A model generated the notes under the pieces. That model saw only the letters and a list, made by a program, of their open reading frames with translations, did no database searches and had not been told where the DNA came from. Positions 18,992-28,935 of a stretch of DNA of 64,000 nt are shown in pieces. Source of the DNA: Elusimicrobiota bacterium (GTDB lineage Bacteria > Elusimicrobiota > Elusimicrobia > Elusimicrobiales > UBA9959); NCBI GenBank assembly GCA_036574205.1, contig JAINCQ010000037.1, positions 32,001 to 96,000 of the forward strand, written 5' to 3'. The translations under genes and the position numbers were made by a program. How positions within the stretch are numbered: the first letter of the stretch is position 1; each line of letters starts with the position of its first letter.

Positions 18992-19840
18992 TTATCTTAT
19001 TTCTATTTTAGCAGAATTTTTTAGCTGATTGATTAATTGATTTTTCCCTGATGTTAAAAGCGTAGCTGTAATTGATTGTTTTATTTTTTCTTTTACTTCT
19101 TCAAATTTAAGAGTTGTTTGCGGTCTTTTTTCTTCGACCTTAAATATTGAATATCCATTTCCTGTTTTAATTGGTTTTGTATATTTTCCGATTTCTGTTT
19201 CAAATATTTCTTTTTCTATTTCAGGAAGAAGCATGCCTTTAGATATAAATCCCAGTTCTCCTTTCGTTTGTTTGAGCCTTTCATCTGCGGATTTTAGTTC
19301 TGCTAATTTCTCAAAGCTTGCTCCTGCATCAAGCGCAATTATTATATCATTTGCCTCTGCTTGAGTGTTTACAAAAATCTGTCTTATCTTAAGTGCTTCT
19401 GGAATCTGAAACTGAGCTGGGTTTGAATCATAGTATTTTTTTGCATCTTCATCTGTTACGTTTATATTTAAAATATTTATTATAGCTCTTTCTATTAAAA
19501 GATTGTTCTCTATCATTGCATAATAATCTTTTTCTGAAATATTAAGTCTTTTAAGTTCTTTCTTAAAATCATTTTCTGAGTTAAAGCGCTTTTTGATCTC
19601 TTTTATTAACTCATTAACTTCCTGCTTTAAGACACTTATCTTTCTTTTTTTTGCTTCCTGTATAATGAGCTTATCTGCCAGAACCTCATCAAGGGTTTTT
19701 GCAAAATAATTCAATGACATCCTGTTTCTTATTTCATTGAATGTTATAGATTCTCCATTTATTGAAGCGACAACATTATCCTGAGAGTTAAGCAAAGCAG
19801 TTATGCTGCTGGTAATGATTATAAATAACATTTTTTTCAT
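18992..19840 (-). CDS. PrsA/SurA-type parvulin peptidyl-prolyl isomerase
   Basis: VVASINGESIT, FEKLAELKS, GELGF, PIKTGNGYSIFKV. Confidence 0.9.
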   Translation of the reverse strand: MKKMLFIIITSSITALLNSQDNVVASINGESITFNEIRNRMSLNYFAKTLDEVLADKLIIQEAKKRKISVLKQEVNELIKEIKKRFNSENDFKKELKRLNISEKDYYAMIENNLLIERAIINILNINVTDEDAKKYYDSNPAQFQIPEALKIRQIFVNTQAEANDIIIALDAGASFEKLAELKSADERLKQTKGELGFISKGMLLPEIEKEIFETEIGKYTKPIKTGNGYSIFKVEEKRPQTTLKFEEVKEKIKQSITATLLTSGKNQLINQLKNSAKIEIR

Positions 19841-19842
19841 AA

Positions 19843-20889
19843 TTAGCCTCCTTGCTTTGAAATATAAAGTTTTTGAGTGGGATAGGCAAATTCAATCCCA
19901 TTTTCCTGAAATTGTCTTGCTATTTCGCAAAGCACCTGTTCATTTAAGTTTATATAAAGAGAGTAATCTGCTGAAAGGATATAGTATACAAATTCAAAAT
20001 CAATAGAATAATTATTAAATCTGATTAAATTTGCTCTGTCGAATCTTGTTTTTTCAACTTTTTCAACGGATTTTTTAATTATTTGTGGTATCAATTTTAG
20101 CTTTTCCATTGGAGTTTCATATATTACTCCGATTGTTTGAAGAACTCTTCTTTCTCTCATAAAGGAAAAATTTTGTATTATCTCACCCATTATTTTTGAA
20201 TTAGTTATAAACGCAAGTTCTCCACTTAAGGTCCTTATCCTGATAGATTTAAGTCCTATTTCCTCTATCGTTCCAGAAATATTTTGCTGGGGAAGCGAGA
20301 TAAAATCCCCGACTTTAAATGGCTTATCAAATATTATTACAAAAAAATTGAATATATCTCCTAAAATTGTTTGAGAGGCTAATGCCAGAGCTACTCCGCC
20401 TATTCCAACTCCTGCAAGAAGTGAGCTTATATTGATGCCAGCATTTTGTAAAAGGAAGAGTATTGCTATAATCCAGACAAATATTCTAAAAAATATCCTG
20501 ATTGCATTTAAGGACTTTGCGTACTCATTTCCTGATATCTGTGAAAACCAGAAATTGATGATAGCTTCAAGAGATGAGACTACTCTGTAAGTTATAATGA
20601 TAACAAGGATCCAGTGTAATATTATTTGAATTTTGGGATTTAAATAAAGTGGTTTTAATGCTATATATAAAGCTATAAATTGGTATTCAAACCACTTTAT
20701 TCTATTTATTAGATCTACTGTAAAATCATCAAATTTAGTTTCAGTTTTTTGGGATATCTCCTCTATTTTTTTGAGTATTTTGGATTTAAAGTAATAAAGA
20801 AGTTTTGTGGCTGTTATAAATATAGCTATGGAAATAATATATTTTAAAACGGTATTCCCAAATAAATTAAAGTCTAAAACTGAATTCAT
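19843..20889 (-). CDS. mscS: Small-conductance mechanosensitive channel
   Basis: GIGGVALALASQ, DKPFKVGDFI, GIEFAYPT; start re-called to ATG 20889. Confidence 0.92.
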   Translation of the reverse strand: MNSVLDFNLFGNTVLKYIISIAIFITATKLLYYFKSKILKKIEEISQKTETKFDDFTVDLINRIKWFEYQFIALYIALKPLYLNPKIQIILHWILVIIITYRVVSSLEAIINFWFSQISGNEYAKSLNAIRIFFRIFVWIIAILFLLQNAGINISSLLAGVGIGGVALALASQTILGDIFNFFVIIFDKPFKVGDFISLPQQNISGTIEEIGLKSIRIRTLSGELAFITNSKIMGEIIQNFSFMRERRVLQTIGVIYETPMEKLKLIPQIIKKSVEKVEKTRFDRANLIRFNNYSIDFEFVYYILSADYSLYINLNEQVLCEIARQFQENGIEFAYPTQKLYISKQGG

Positions 20890-21016
20890 AAAAATATTAT
20901 ACAAATTAAAAAAATAATTTTTTAAAATATAAACTATCAAACTAATTTAATATAAATAATATAAAATTTTTGTTAATTATACTTATGTTTTCCCCTTAAA
21001 GTTTTTTAATCAGTTA

Positions 21017-21418
21017 TTATTTATAGTGAAGTTTTAAATTTTTTCTGTTTAAATCAGCTAACTCAAACTCAGAGGTGAAAGCAAGTGCTTTTTTAGGGCA
21101 TATCTCAACACATTGCGCGCAATATATACACCTATCTAAATTCATTATGCAATCAAATTTTCTTGAAACTGGGGATGGTTTGCCGTCAGGTTGAATTTTG
21201 GGTTCTGGTTGATCAGGCGATAAAATTATTTCTATCGCTTTTGATGGACAGACTCTCATACACATTTTACATCCAATACATTTAGCGCTTTCAAAAACTA
21301 CTCTTCCTCTAAAATTTGGATATGTTTTTGCTTTCTCAAAAGGGTATTTGGATGTAGCAGCTTTTTTTGAAAGATGTTTTATAGCCTGGGGAAAAAGTTT
21401 TAAAGGTTTTTTAGCCAT
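21017..21418 (-). CDS. Hydrogenase 2x[4Fe-4S] subunit (NuoI/EchF-like)
   Basis: CIGCKMCMRVCP and CIYCAQCVEICP. Confidence 0.92.
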   Translation of the reverse strand: MAKKPLKLFPQAIKHLSKKAATSKYPFEKAKTYPNFRGRVVFESAKCIGCKMCMRVCPSKAIEIILSPDQPEPKIQPDGKPSPVSRKFDCIMNLDRCIYCAQCVEICPKKALAFTSEFELADLNRKNLKLHYK

Positions 21419-21430
21419 ATTTCTTACCTC

Positions 21431-22369
21431 TTAAATTTTAATTTTAATAAATAAATCTATGAGTATTTGTATCATTGAAACTGGAACAAGCCATTTCCAT
21501 GAAAACTTTACTACCTGATCCACTCTTACCCTTGCCATAAGAACTCTAAATAATATTAGGATAAAGCATATAAAAAAAGTTTTTATCAAAAATACTATAA
21601 AAGCAGTTATCCCACTTAATTTAAAAACTCCACCCAAAAAAACAGCGTTTATTAAAGCGGCAACTACAACCATTTCTATATCTATTGAGAGTAAAAATAA
21701 TGCAAGCAATCTTCCAGAATACTCAGTGAATTGTCCGCCCACTACCTCATTTTTAGCATGAGGAGCGTCAAATGGAACTCTTTCTAACTTTCCTTCAGAT
21801 GCAAGCAATGCTGCAAGAAACCCCGGGATATTTATTAATATGTAGAGAGGATTATTTGCAAAGAAATTTGCTATCTCCTTAACTGACCAGCTCCCACTTA
21901 ATATTGCACATCCAGCAACAGATAAAAAAAGTGGAACCTCATACCCGAATAATTGCGTCATTACCCTCATAGAACCTATCGTTGAATATGGACTTGTTGA
22001 TGACCAGCCTGCAAGGAAAAAAGTTACAGTTGGTATTGTTAGCAAATAGATTATAACTATCAGATCCCCTTCAAAGGATATAAGCGGATCTCCCCATATC
22101 GGCAACATAAATATGGTAGTTATTATACTTGCTATTGCAACATATGGCAAAGCTTTAAATAAAATTATATCTGCATTATCAGGAACTATAACTTCTTTAG
22201 ATATAAGTTTTATAAAATCTGCAACTGGTTGATATATCGGAGGACCAACCCTGTTTTGCATTATGGCTGCTAATTTTCTATCAACCCATTGAATACACAT
22301 GCCGTATGTCCCTAAAAAAATAAATCCAGGGAATACGATTATATATATTAAAGGCATTATAAGATCCAT
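21431..22369 (-). CDS. Hydrogenase membrane anchor (NuoH/EchB-like)
   Basis: RKLAAIMQNRVGP, QPVADFIKL..KE, RVPFD, TEYSG. Confidence 0.92.
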   Translation of the reverse strand: MDLIMPLIYIIVFPGFIFLGTYGMCIQWVDRKLAAIMQNRVGPPIYQPVADFIKLISKEVIVPDNADIILFKALPYVAIASIITTIFMLPIWGDPLISFEGDLIVIIYLLTIPTVTFFLAGWSSTSPYSTIGSMRVMTQLFGYEVPLFLSVAGCAILSGSWSVKEIANFFANNPLYILINIPGFLAALLASEGKLERVPFDAPHAKNEVVGGQFTEYSGRLLALFLLSIDIEMVVVAALINAVFLGGVFKLSGITAFIVFLIKTFFICFILILFRVLMARVRVDQVVKFSWKWLVPVSMIQILIDLFIKIKI

Positions 22370-22378
22370 ATCTTCTCC

Positions 22379-23566
22379 TTATTTAAAGCTAATTCCTTTT
22401 CTCTTATAAAATTCTATAGAGTATTTTCTTAATTCTTCCCAGTCAAATACCTTCTTTTTCCCGGTTTTTTGATCATATACAATAGCTCTATCAGTGCAGC
22501 TCATACATGGATCAATGGCTGCTATGGTAATTATTGCATCTGCTAAATATCCATTTTTAAGACAATATGGAAGAGATTGAAAGTTTGCAAGCGTTGGGGC
22601 TCGAACTTTTACTCTTTCTGGATATTCTGTGCCATTTGCATTTACATAATGTATATCTTCACCTCTTGGAGCTTCATATCTAAACACTGCCTCTCCAGGT
22701 CCTATTTTCCATGGAAGTTTAACTAAGATTGGTCCTTCTGGAAGGTTTTTCAATATCTGTTCTATCATCTTATATGATTCTATAGTTTCAAGAACTCTTA
22801 CTACAGCTCTTCCAAAAACATCGCAAGAATTATAAGTTATAACCTTCCAGTCAAGTTGATCATATATAAAATATGGCTCATCCCTTCTTACATCTATATC
22901 AACACCGCTTGCTCTTGCTGTAGGTCCAACAGCGTTTAGTTCAAGAGCTACTTCTTTTGGAAGTTTTCCAACATTCTGAGTTCTTGCAAGAAATGTAGGC
23001 TCTTCTGTAACGACCTCAACATAATAAGAAGTTCTTTCTTTAAGATATTTGACTTTTTTCAATATTTCATCAGCCTGTTCTTTTGTGATATCCCTTCTGA
23101 CACCTCCGATTGTATTTATCCCGTAATGAACCCTGTTACCAGTTAAAAGCTCAAGACAATCAAGGATCTGTTCTCTATCCCTCCACGTATACATAAACAA
23201 GGTGTCATATCCAAGCTCAAATGCAGCTACCCCAAGCCATAAAAGATGTGAGTGAATCCTTTCAAGTTCCGCTACAAGGGTTCTTATAGCTTTTGCTCTT
23301 TGAGGTATTTCAGCTTTTGCTATCTCTTCAACTGCGTTTATATAACAACTTACATGAGAATGTGAACATATACCGCAAATTCTTTCAACTAAATAGATAT
23401 CCTGAATAAAGTTTCTGTTTTCTGCTGCCTTTTCAACTCCCCTATGATTGTATCCAAGATTTACTGTCGCGTCAACAATCTGTTCTCCATTTAAAACCAA
23501 CATAAAATTCTCTGGTTCTTTTAATGCTGGATGCTGAGGTCCAAGTGGTATTTGCATCTTTGACAT
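22379..23566 (-). CDS. Group 4 [NiFe]-hydrogenase large subunit
   Basis: L1 ERICGICSHSH; L2 DPCMSCTDR followed by a C-terminal extension. Confidence 0.95.
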   Translation of the reverse strand: MSKMQIPLGPQHPALKEPENFMLVLNGEQIVDATVNLGYNHRGVEKAAENRNFIQDIYLVERICGICSHSHVSCYINAVEEIAKAEIPQRAKAIRTLVAELERIHSHLLWLGVAAFELGYDTLFMYTWRDREQILDCLELLTGNRVHYGINTIGGVRRDITKEQADEILKKVKYLKERTSYYVEVVTEEPTFLARTQNVGKLPKEVALELNAVGPTARASGVDIDVRRDEPYFIYDQLDWKVITYNSCDVFGRAVVRVLETIESYKMIEQILKNLPEGPILVKLPWKIGPGEAVFRYEAPRGEDIHYVNANGTEYPERVKVRAPTLANFQSLPYCLKNGYLADAIITIAAIDPCMSCTDRAIVYDQKTGKKKVFDWEELRKYSIEFYKRKGISFK

Positions 23567-24057
23567 TATTCCTCCTTATCTGATTTTTCATTTAACATTT
23601 TGTTAAGTTCATCAAGCTTTACTTCTTTTCTAAGTGGATGAACCCCTTTTGGAAATCCATCCGGAAGGGGATAGTTTCTACCCTGGGGCAAGCCATCTAT
23701 CTTTATTCCAAATAAGTCTTCCAGTTCCCTTTCATAAGATGTTGCAACAGGATATACCCCTAAAACAGATTTTAAATGTGGATTTGATTTAGAAGTTCTC
23801 AACCTTATGTTTATAATAGTTTTGTGGTCTGTTATATGATAAATTGCTCCTAATTTTTCCCCCTCATCAAAACCCGTTATAGTTGATAGATGATAATATC
23901 CTCTATTTTTTAGATATTTCATTAACTCAATAGCTTCTTCTCCTTTAACCTCTAACCATATTCTGTTTTTTCTTGAGATAATGGCATTTTCTATTTTATC
24001 AGAAAATTTCTCTTTTAAGTCCTTTAAAATTTCTTCTTCTTTTATCATCTCAGTCAT
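23566..24057 (-). CDS. Hydrogenase NuoC/EchD-like subunit
   Basis: YERELEDLFGI, HPLRK. Confidence 0.9.
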   Translation of the reverse strand: MTEMIKEEEILKDLKEKFSDKIENAIISRKNRIWLEVKGEEAIELMKYLKNRGYYHLSTITGFDEGEKLGAIYHITDHKTIINIRLRTSKSNPHLKSVLGVYPVATSYERELEDLFGIKIDGLPQGRNYPLPDGFPKGVHPLRKEVKLDELNKMLNEKSDKEE

Positions 24058-24072
24058 AATTCACCTCGTTAA

Positions 24073-24516
24073 TTATTTTTTTGAAGATTTTTCAAGTTCA
24101 GTAATAAGTTTTACAACTGCATCTATTATTGCTTCTGGCCTTGCCGGACATCCTGGTATATAAGCTGAAACAGGTATAACTTTGTCTATCCCTCCAACTA
24201 CGTTATAACATCCGTCAAAAACTCCTCCGGAACATGCGCATGTCCCAACGGCAAGGACAAACTTTGGATTTGGAATTTGATCATATATCCTTCTAAATCT
24301 TTTTGCCTGCTGTCTTGTAAGAGGTCCGCTTACAACCATGACATCTGCATGCCTTGGAGTTCCTTTCAACACTATTCCAAATCTCTCAAGATCATATCTG
24401 GGTGTTAATGCATCAACTATTTCTATATCACATCCGTTACATGCCCCTGTGTTGAAATGTATTATCCAGGGGGATTTGAGTCTTGACCATAGTACTATTT
24501 TGTCTTTTAATTTCAT
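24073..24516 (-). CDS. Group 4 hydrogenase small subunit (NuoB/EchC-like)
   Basis: GACNGCDIE, PRHADV, VGTCACSGG, IPGCPARP. Confidence 0.94.
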   Translation of the reverse strand: MKLKDKIVLWSRLKSPWIIHFNTGACNGCDIEIVDALTPRYDLERFGIVLKGTPRHADVMVVSGPLTRQQAKRFRRIYDQIPNPKFVLAVGTCACSGGVFDGCYNVVGGIDKVIPVSAYIPGCPARPEAIIDAVVKLITELEKSSKK

Positions 24517-24526
24517 AAAGCCGTCC

Positions 24527-24850
24527 TTATATAAAAAGAATTGAAATTATTAAAAGAACCGTTATTATATATATCAAAGGAACTGCAAAGGAAACTCCAC
24601 TTGAGAAAGCTAAAGTCATTAGCATAAGCGCCGCAACATGCAAAATCGTAAAAAAAATAGCATATGGATAAAACTCTTCATAGCCAGCTGAAACCTTTTG
24701 AGCCGGAAAATCTTCGCCACAGGCATATGTTTTTGATGTCTCTGGCTTTTTTGTAATGGCTGGTTCAAAACTTTTTATCATTTTGCCAAATAGCAAAATA
24801 AGCACCAGCGTTATCAAAAAAGCAAAAGGTGGATAGAGAAGTATTTGCAT
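24527..24850 (-). CDS. NuoA-like membrane subunit
   Basis: 3 TM helices with YACGE loop. Confidence 0.8.
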   Translation of the reverse strand: MQILLYPPFAFLITLVLILLFGKMIKSFEPAITKKPETSKTYACGEDFPAQKVSAGYEEFYPYAIFFTILHVAALMLMTLAFSSGVSFAVPLIYIITVLLIISILFI

Positions 24851-24853
24851 AAA

Positions 24854-25156
24854 TTACCCCTTTAAGTTCATCAGTTTTTTAATATCTACACTTTGATTTA
24901 AGTTATAGGATTTTACAACAAGAGCAAGACCGCTTGCTATCACTACAACCTCAACCAGTATCATAACTATTATTATATTCTGGGCAAGGTTTATATTATT
25001 GGTTGCCTGTCCAGCCGTAATTACCGCTATAAGAGAAGATTTTGATATTATCTCAAAGCCTATAAGAAGTTTTATAATATTTCTTGAAACTGTCATGCAA
25101 TAGGCGCCTATAAAAAAAAGTATTATCACAAAAAACCAGTCAAGAGGAAAATTCAT
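24854..25156 (-). CDS. NuoK/MrpC-like membrane subunit
   Basis: RNIIKLLIGFEI; 3 TM helices. Confidence 0.85.
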   Translation of the reverse strand: MNFPLDWFFVIILFFIGAYCMTVSRNIIKLLIGFEIISKSSLIAVITAGQATNNINLAQNIIIVMILVEVVVIASGLALVVKSYNLNQSVDIKKLMNLKG

Positions 25157-25641
25157 TATTTTACCTCCTTTGTAAATATATGCTTTATTACAAAAACACT
25201 TGCCGCAAGGAGTGTTAACTGTCCTATTATGTCAACTCCCCTATAAATCCATATAAATTTTCCAAGAGGGTCTTGATTGGAAGTATTAAAGGTTGAATAT
25301 TTAAGTAGTTTTGAAAAATATTCTGGAACAAAAATAGATGTAGCTATAATAAATCCTACAAGAATAATCGGAAAAACAATATATTTTACCCTGTTTTCCT
25401 TTAAAGATTCTTCATCATTCTTAATTAAGTTAACTGCGCTTATAAATAATACAGTTATAAGCCCGGCGCAGACCGAAAGTTCAAAAACTGCCGCCCACGG
25501 AGCTGAATACGCGAAAAGCAATATGGAGACTCCTATGCTTAGAACTGCAAGCATTATTGCCGAATTTATCAATTTTTTTGAAATAACACTTGCAGCAGCT
25601 GCAACAATTATTATAAAAAATATTAGAAGATAGTATATCAT
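25156..25641 (-). CDS. NuoJ/MrpA-C-terminal-like membrane subunit
   Basis: APWAAVFELSVCAGL; start re-called to ATG 25641 (GGAGG RBS). Confidence 0.8.
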   Translation of the reverse strand: MIYYLLIFFIIIVAAAASVISKKLINSAIMLAVLSIGVSILLFAYSAPWAAVFELSVCAGLITVLFISAVNLIKNDEESLKENRVKYIVFPIILVGFIIATSIFVPEYFSKLLKYSTFNTSNQDPLGKFIWIYRGVDIIGQLTLLAASVFVIKHIFTKEVK

Positions 25642-25651
25642 TAATCCTCCA

Positions 25652-27052
25652 TTAAATCGGTATTTTTTCAAGATACAAATATATTTTATTGAAGAATAAT
25701 CCTGTTATTATTATAAAAAAGCTTATTATAACTACAGGAATTAGAAGTTGAAATTTTGCTTCTTTAATATCTTGAAATTTTTCAGGCAATTTTCCAAAAA
25801 AAACCTTTTTTTGCATTATCATAAAATAAGCAAGGGTTACTATGCTAAAAATAAGTGCGGATGTTGCATAATAAACATTTCCTTTTTCCCATAAAGCTAT
25901 TATAATAATCAGCTTACTCCAGAACCCTGAAAGAGGAGGAACTCCGGCGGTTGAAAGAAGCGCTACTATTGATGTCCAGGATGTATATGGCATTCTATGT
26001 TCCAATCCCTTTAACTCATCCATGTTGGTGGTTTGAGTTGCTTTTTCAACGCAGGCAGAATTTAAAAATAAAACAGTTTTAAAAGTAGCATGGTTTATAA
26101 GATGAAAAACAGCAGCCATAATTCCAAGCGGTGTAAAAGTCCCCGTTGCCATTATTATGTATCCCATCTGGCTTATACTTGAATATGCAAGCATTCTCTT
26201 AAAGTCTCTTTGAACAATTGCACCAACTGCACCAAGTATTACTGATAAAAGTCCAGTAAATAAAAGCAAGGATGAAATTTTTGATATGATTGGAGAATTT
26301 GAAATCATTATGGATATTTTGATTATGGCATATATCCCACCTACTTTTGTTATTATACCTGCAAGATATGCCGAAATTGGTGAAAATGCTCCTTGATATA
26401 CATCAGGGGTCCAAAAGTGAAAAGGTGCGATTCCTGATTTTATAAGAAAACCAATTATTATAAGCGAAAATGCTATTATGGAAAGAAAATTAATATTTGT
26501 GAATTTGATGATCTCAAATCCAAACCCACCGTAATTCAACATTAAAAGAGATATTCCGAATATTATTAAAACAGAAGCTGGAAAGGTAAGAAAGAAATAT
26601 TTTATTGCAGCTTCTACTGAAATATTTTTGCTATTTGAGGTAATGAGAGCAAAAGAACATACACTTAAAGCTTCCATAAAAATATATAAAGTAAAGAAAT
26701 CCCTTGACATAACAAGGGAACACATTGCTGAAACAGAAATAAGTATCAAAGAATAATAAGACACTACATTTGTTTCTTTTTCAACATCATAGTAGGTGGA
26801 GAAAAAAACTATTGCCAGTGCCACAAGATATATTATGAATATCATTGCTAAAGTTAAGGCATCATAAGTAAAAGTGGAATAATTCATTTTTATTACATAA
26901 TAAAAAAGAATATATCCAACATTTATTAATCCGCTTAAAAGTGCGACATTCGCAAATATTTCTGTTATCCTTTTGCTTTTTCTTGATATAAAAGGAATAG
27001 CAAGCGCAGAAAATAGCGGAATTAAATTATAAGAAAGGAAATCTGTTACCAT
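25652..27052 (-). CDS. Antiporter-like subunit (MrpD/NuoN-like)
   Basis: IKSGIAPFHFWTPDVY, KRMLAYSSISQMG, GVPPLSGFWSK. Confidence 0.9.
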   Translation of the reverse strand: MVTDFLSYNLIPLFSALAIPFISRKSKRITEIFANVALLSGLINVGYILFYYVIKMNYSTFTYDALTLAMIFIIYLVALAIVFFSTYYDVEKETNVVSYYSLILISVSAMCSLVMSRDFFTLYIFMEALSVCSFALITSNSKNISVEAAIKYFFLTFPASVLIIFGISLLMLNYGGFGFEIIKFTNINFLSIIAFSLIIIGFLIKSGIAPFHFWTPDVYQGAFSPISAYLAGIITKVGGIYAIIKISIMISNSPIISKISSLLLFTGLLSVILGAVGAIVQRDFKRMLAYSSISQMGYIIMATGTFTPLGIMAAVFHLINHATFKTVLFLNSACVEKATQTTNMDELKGLEHRMPYTSWTSIVALLSTAGVPPLSGFWSKLIIIIALWEKGNVYYATSALIFSIVTLAYFMIMQKKVFFGKLPEKFQDIKEAKFQLLIPVVIISFFIIITGLFFNKIYLYLEKIPI

Positions 27053-28935
27053 TTTATCCCTCCAAGATATATTAGATATATTGCTACAAACAGGAATATA
27101 AAAAACATATAGAGTGAATAACTTCCAGTATGAAGTTTTGAAATCTTATCACCGCTCCACACAGCAATCGCTGATGGAATATCATCTATAAGTTTGTCAA
27201 ATCCTCTATCTACTTTGAATAAGAGTTTAGAAAACCAGGCGAAGAACTTTCTGAATATCTCATAAAGATCAAAAAAACCTTTCTCAGCCATATCATATAT
27301 TTCCTTTAATATTGGGGCATGATGTATATGATCTGAAGCTTTATAAGACTTTCCTGATAACTTAAAGCCGATTATATGATTTGATACTGCTATTATAACT
27401 ACTACCAGGAAAATAAGGAACATATTATCAAAATGAAAACCACTTAATTCCTCTCTTGGGTAAAATCCAATGAGGGAAAAGAGAGAAGGAACTATGAACT
27501 TAGAGATAGGCAGATGAGCACCAAATCCAAAAATAATGCATAATGCGCTTAAAGCGATCATTGATATAATCATAGAATAAGGAGCTTCTTTTGTGTCTTT
27601 TAAGTTTTCAGGTAGTTTTCCAAAAAATACGCTATGTCCTAATTTTAAGAATGAGGCAAGTGTGAGTATAGAGCCTATCTCTGCAGCATAGAAAAATATA
27701 TTATATCCGCTTAATAATGCACCTTTATAAACAAGTTCTTTTGAAAAAAATCCGTTAAGAGGGGCTATACCGGAAATTGCCGCAGCGGCTATAAGATAAC
27801 TTATCGCAGTTACTGGCATTTTTGAAAAGAGCCCCCCTAATTTTGAAAGTTCGGTTGTTCCTGTTTGTTTCTCTACAGCACCTGCGGTCATAAACAAGCA
27901 GGATTTATATATAGCATGATTTATCATATGAAATAGACCACCTACTATTCCTATAGGATTGAGAGTTCCTATTCCAAGAACCATATATCCAGTCTGGCTG
28001 ACAGCATGATATGAAAGAAGTCTTTTATAATCTGTCTGTATAAGAGCCATCATAACCGCTATTATTATTGTCAAAGCACCTATTGTCATAAGGATTATTT
28101 GCATTATGGTATTTAATTGATATAAATAAAGGCTTATTCTTGCAAAAAAGTATATTCCAAGTAGTTTATCAACTGCAGCCGGTACAAAAGCCATAAATGC
28201 CGCATTTGAGTTTAATGCTGCATCTGGTATCCAGGTATGAAATGGAAAAGCTCCGGCTTTTGTTAAAGCACCTATTAAAAGCATAACATATGCTATTGTC
28301 CCCCACCCACTTAGAATAAGCCTATTAGAATTTATTTCGGACATTGAAAATGTGTCTGTTATGTATCCAACAATAATTATTCCTATCATCATGGCTATAT
28401 CGCTTATTCCATTTATTAAAAATGTTTTAAGCGCAGTTTGCCTTGTTTGAGTTGAGTTTCCGGAAATAAATATATAAAGATATAGAAGTATAACCATTGA
28501 CTCCCAGAAAAACAACATTGACAACATGTTATCGCTTGTAGCCGAACCAGCCGCCGCGGCCTGGGTCATTAAAAGCAAAAAGTAAAAAATCTTTGATGAA
28601 CCACGATTTGGCGTAGATATTCCATATATTGAGATAAGTAGTGAAAAGATACTGACTGAAACAAGGATGAATGCGGAGATAGCATCTACCCTGAAACTAA
28701 GCATAGAAAAACTACCTAACCATTTAAACTTACATAAAGCCATTCCTTCTCCAGTGCCTGATATTTTAAGTAAAACGATCGCAGCTAAAAGAGAAACAAA
28801 GGATACCATAATCGCTACAGTTTCTTTTAGATATTTTGTTTTATCTGATATCAGAAGTATTAATATCGCTGATATCAGAGGAAGAAGAATCGGTATCATA
28901 ATAAGGTCTGTGATTTGTGAATTAAATATGTTCAT
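27046..28935 (-). CDS. Antiporter-like subunit (MrpA/NuoL-like, with lateral-helix tail)
   Basis: KAGAFPFHTWIPDA, KRLLSYHAVSQ, PLNGFFSKE; C-terminal LHTGSYSLY. Confidence 0.9.
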   Translation of the reverse strand: MNIFNSQITDLIMIPILLPLISAILILLISDKTKYLKETVAIMVSFVSLLAAIVLLKISGTGEGMALCKFKWLGSFSMLSFRVDAISAFILVSVSIFSLLISIYGISTPNRGSSKIFYFLLLMTQAAAAGSATSDNMLSMLFFWESMVILLYLYIFISGNSTQTRQTALKTFLINGISDIAMMIGIIIVGYITDTFSMSEINSNRLILSGWGTIAYVMLLIGALTKAGAFPFHTWIPDAALNSNAAFMAFVPAAVDKLLGIYFFARISLYLYQLNTIMQIILMTIGALTIIIAVMMALIQTDYKRLLSYHAVSQTGYMVLGIGTLNPIGIVGGLFHMINHAIYKSCLFMTAGAVEKQTGTTELSKLGGLFSKMPVTAISYLIAAAAISGIAPLNGFFSKELVYKGALLSGYNIFFYAAEIGSILTLASFLKLGHSVFFGKLPENLKDTKEAPYSMIISMIALSALCIIFGFGAHLPISKFIVPSLFSLIGFYPREELSGFHFDNMFLIFLVVVIIAVSNHIIGFKLSGKSYKASDHIHHAPILKEIYDMAEKGFFDLYEIFRKFFAWFSKLLFKVDRGFDKLIDDIPSAIAVWSGDKISKLHTGSYSLYMFFIFLFVAIYLIYLGGIKW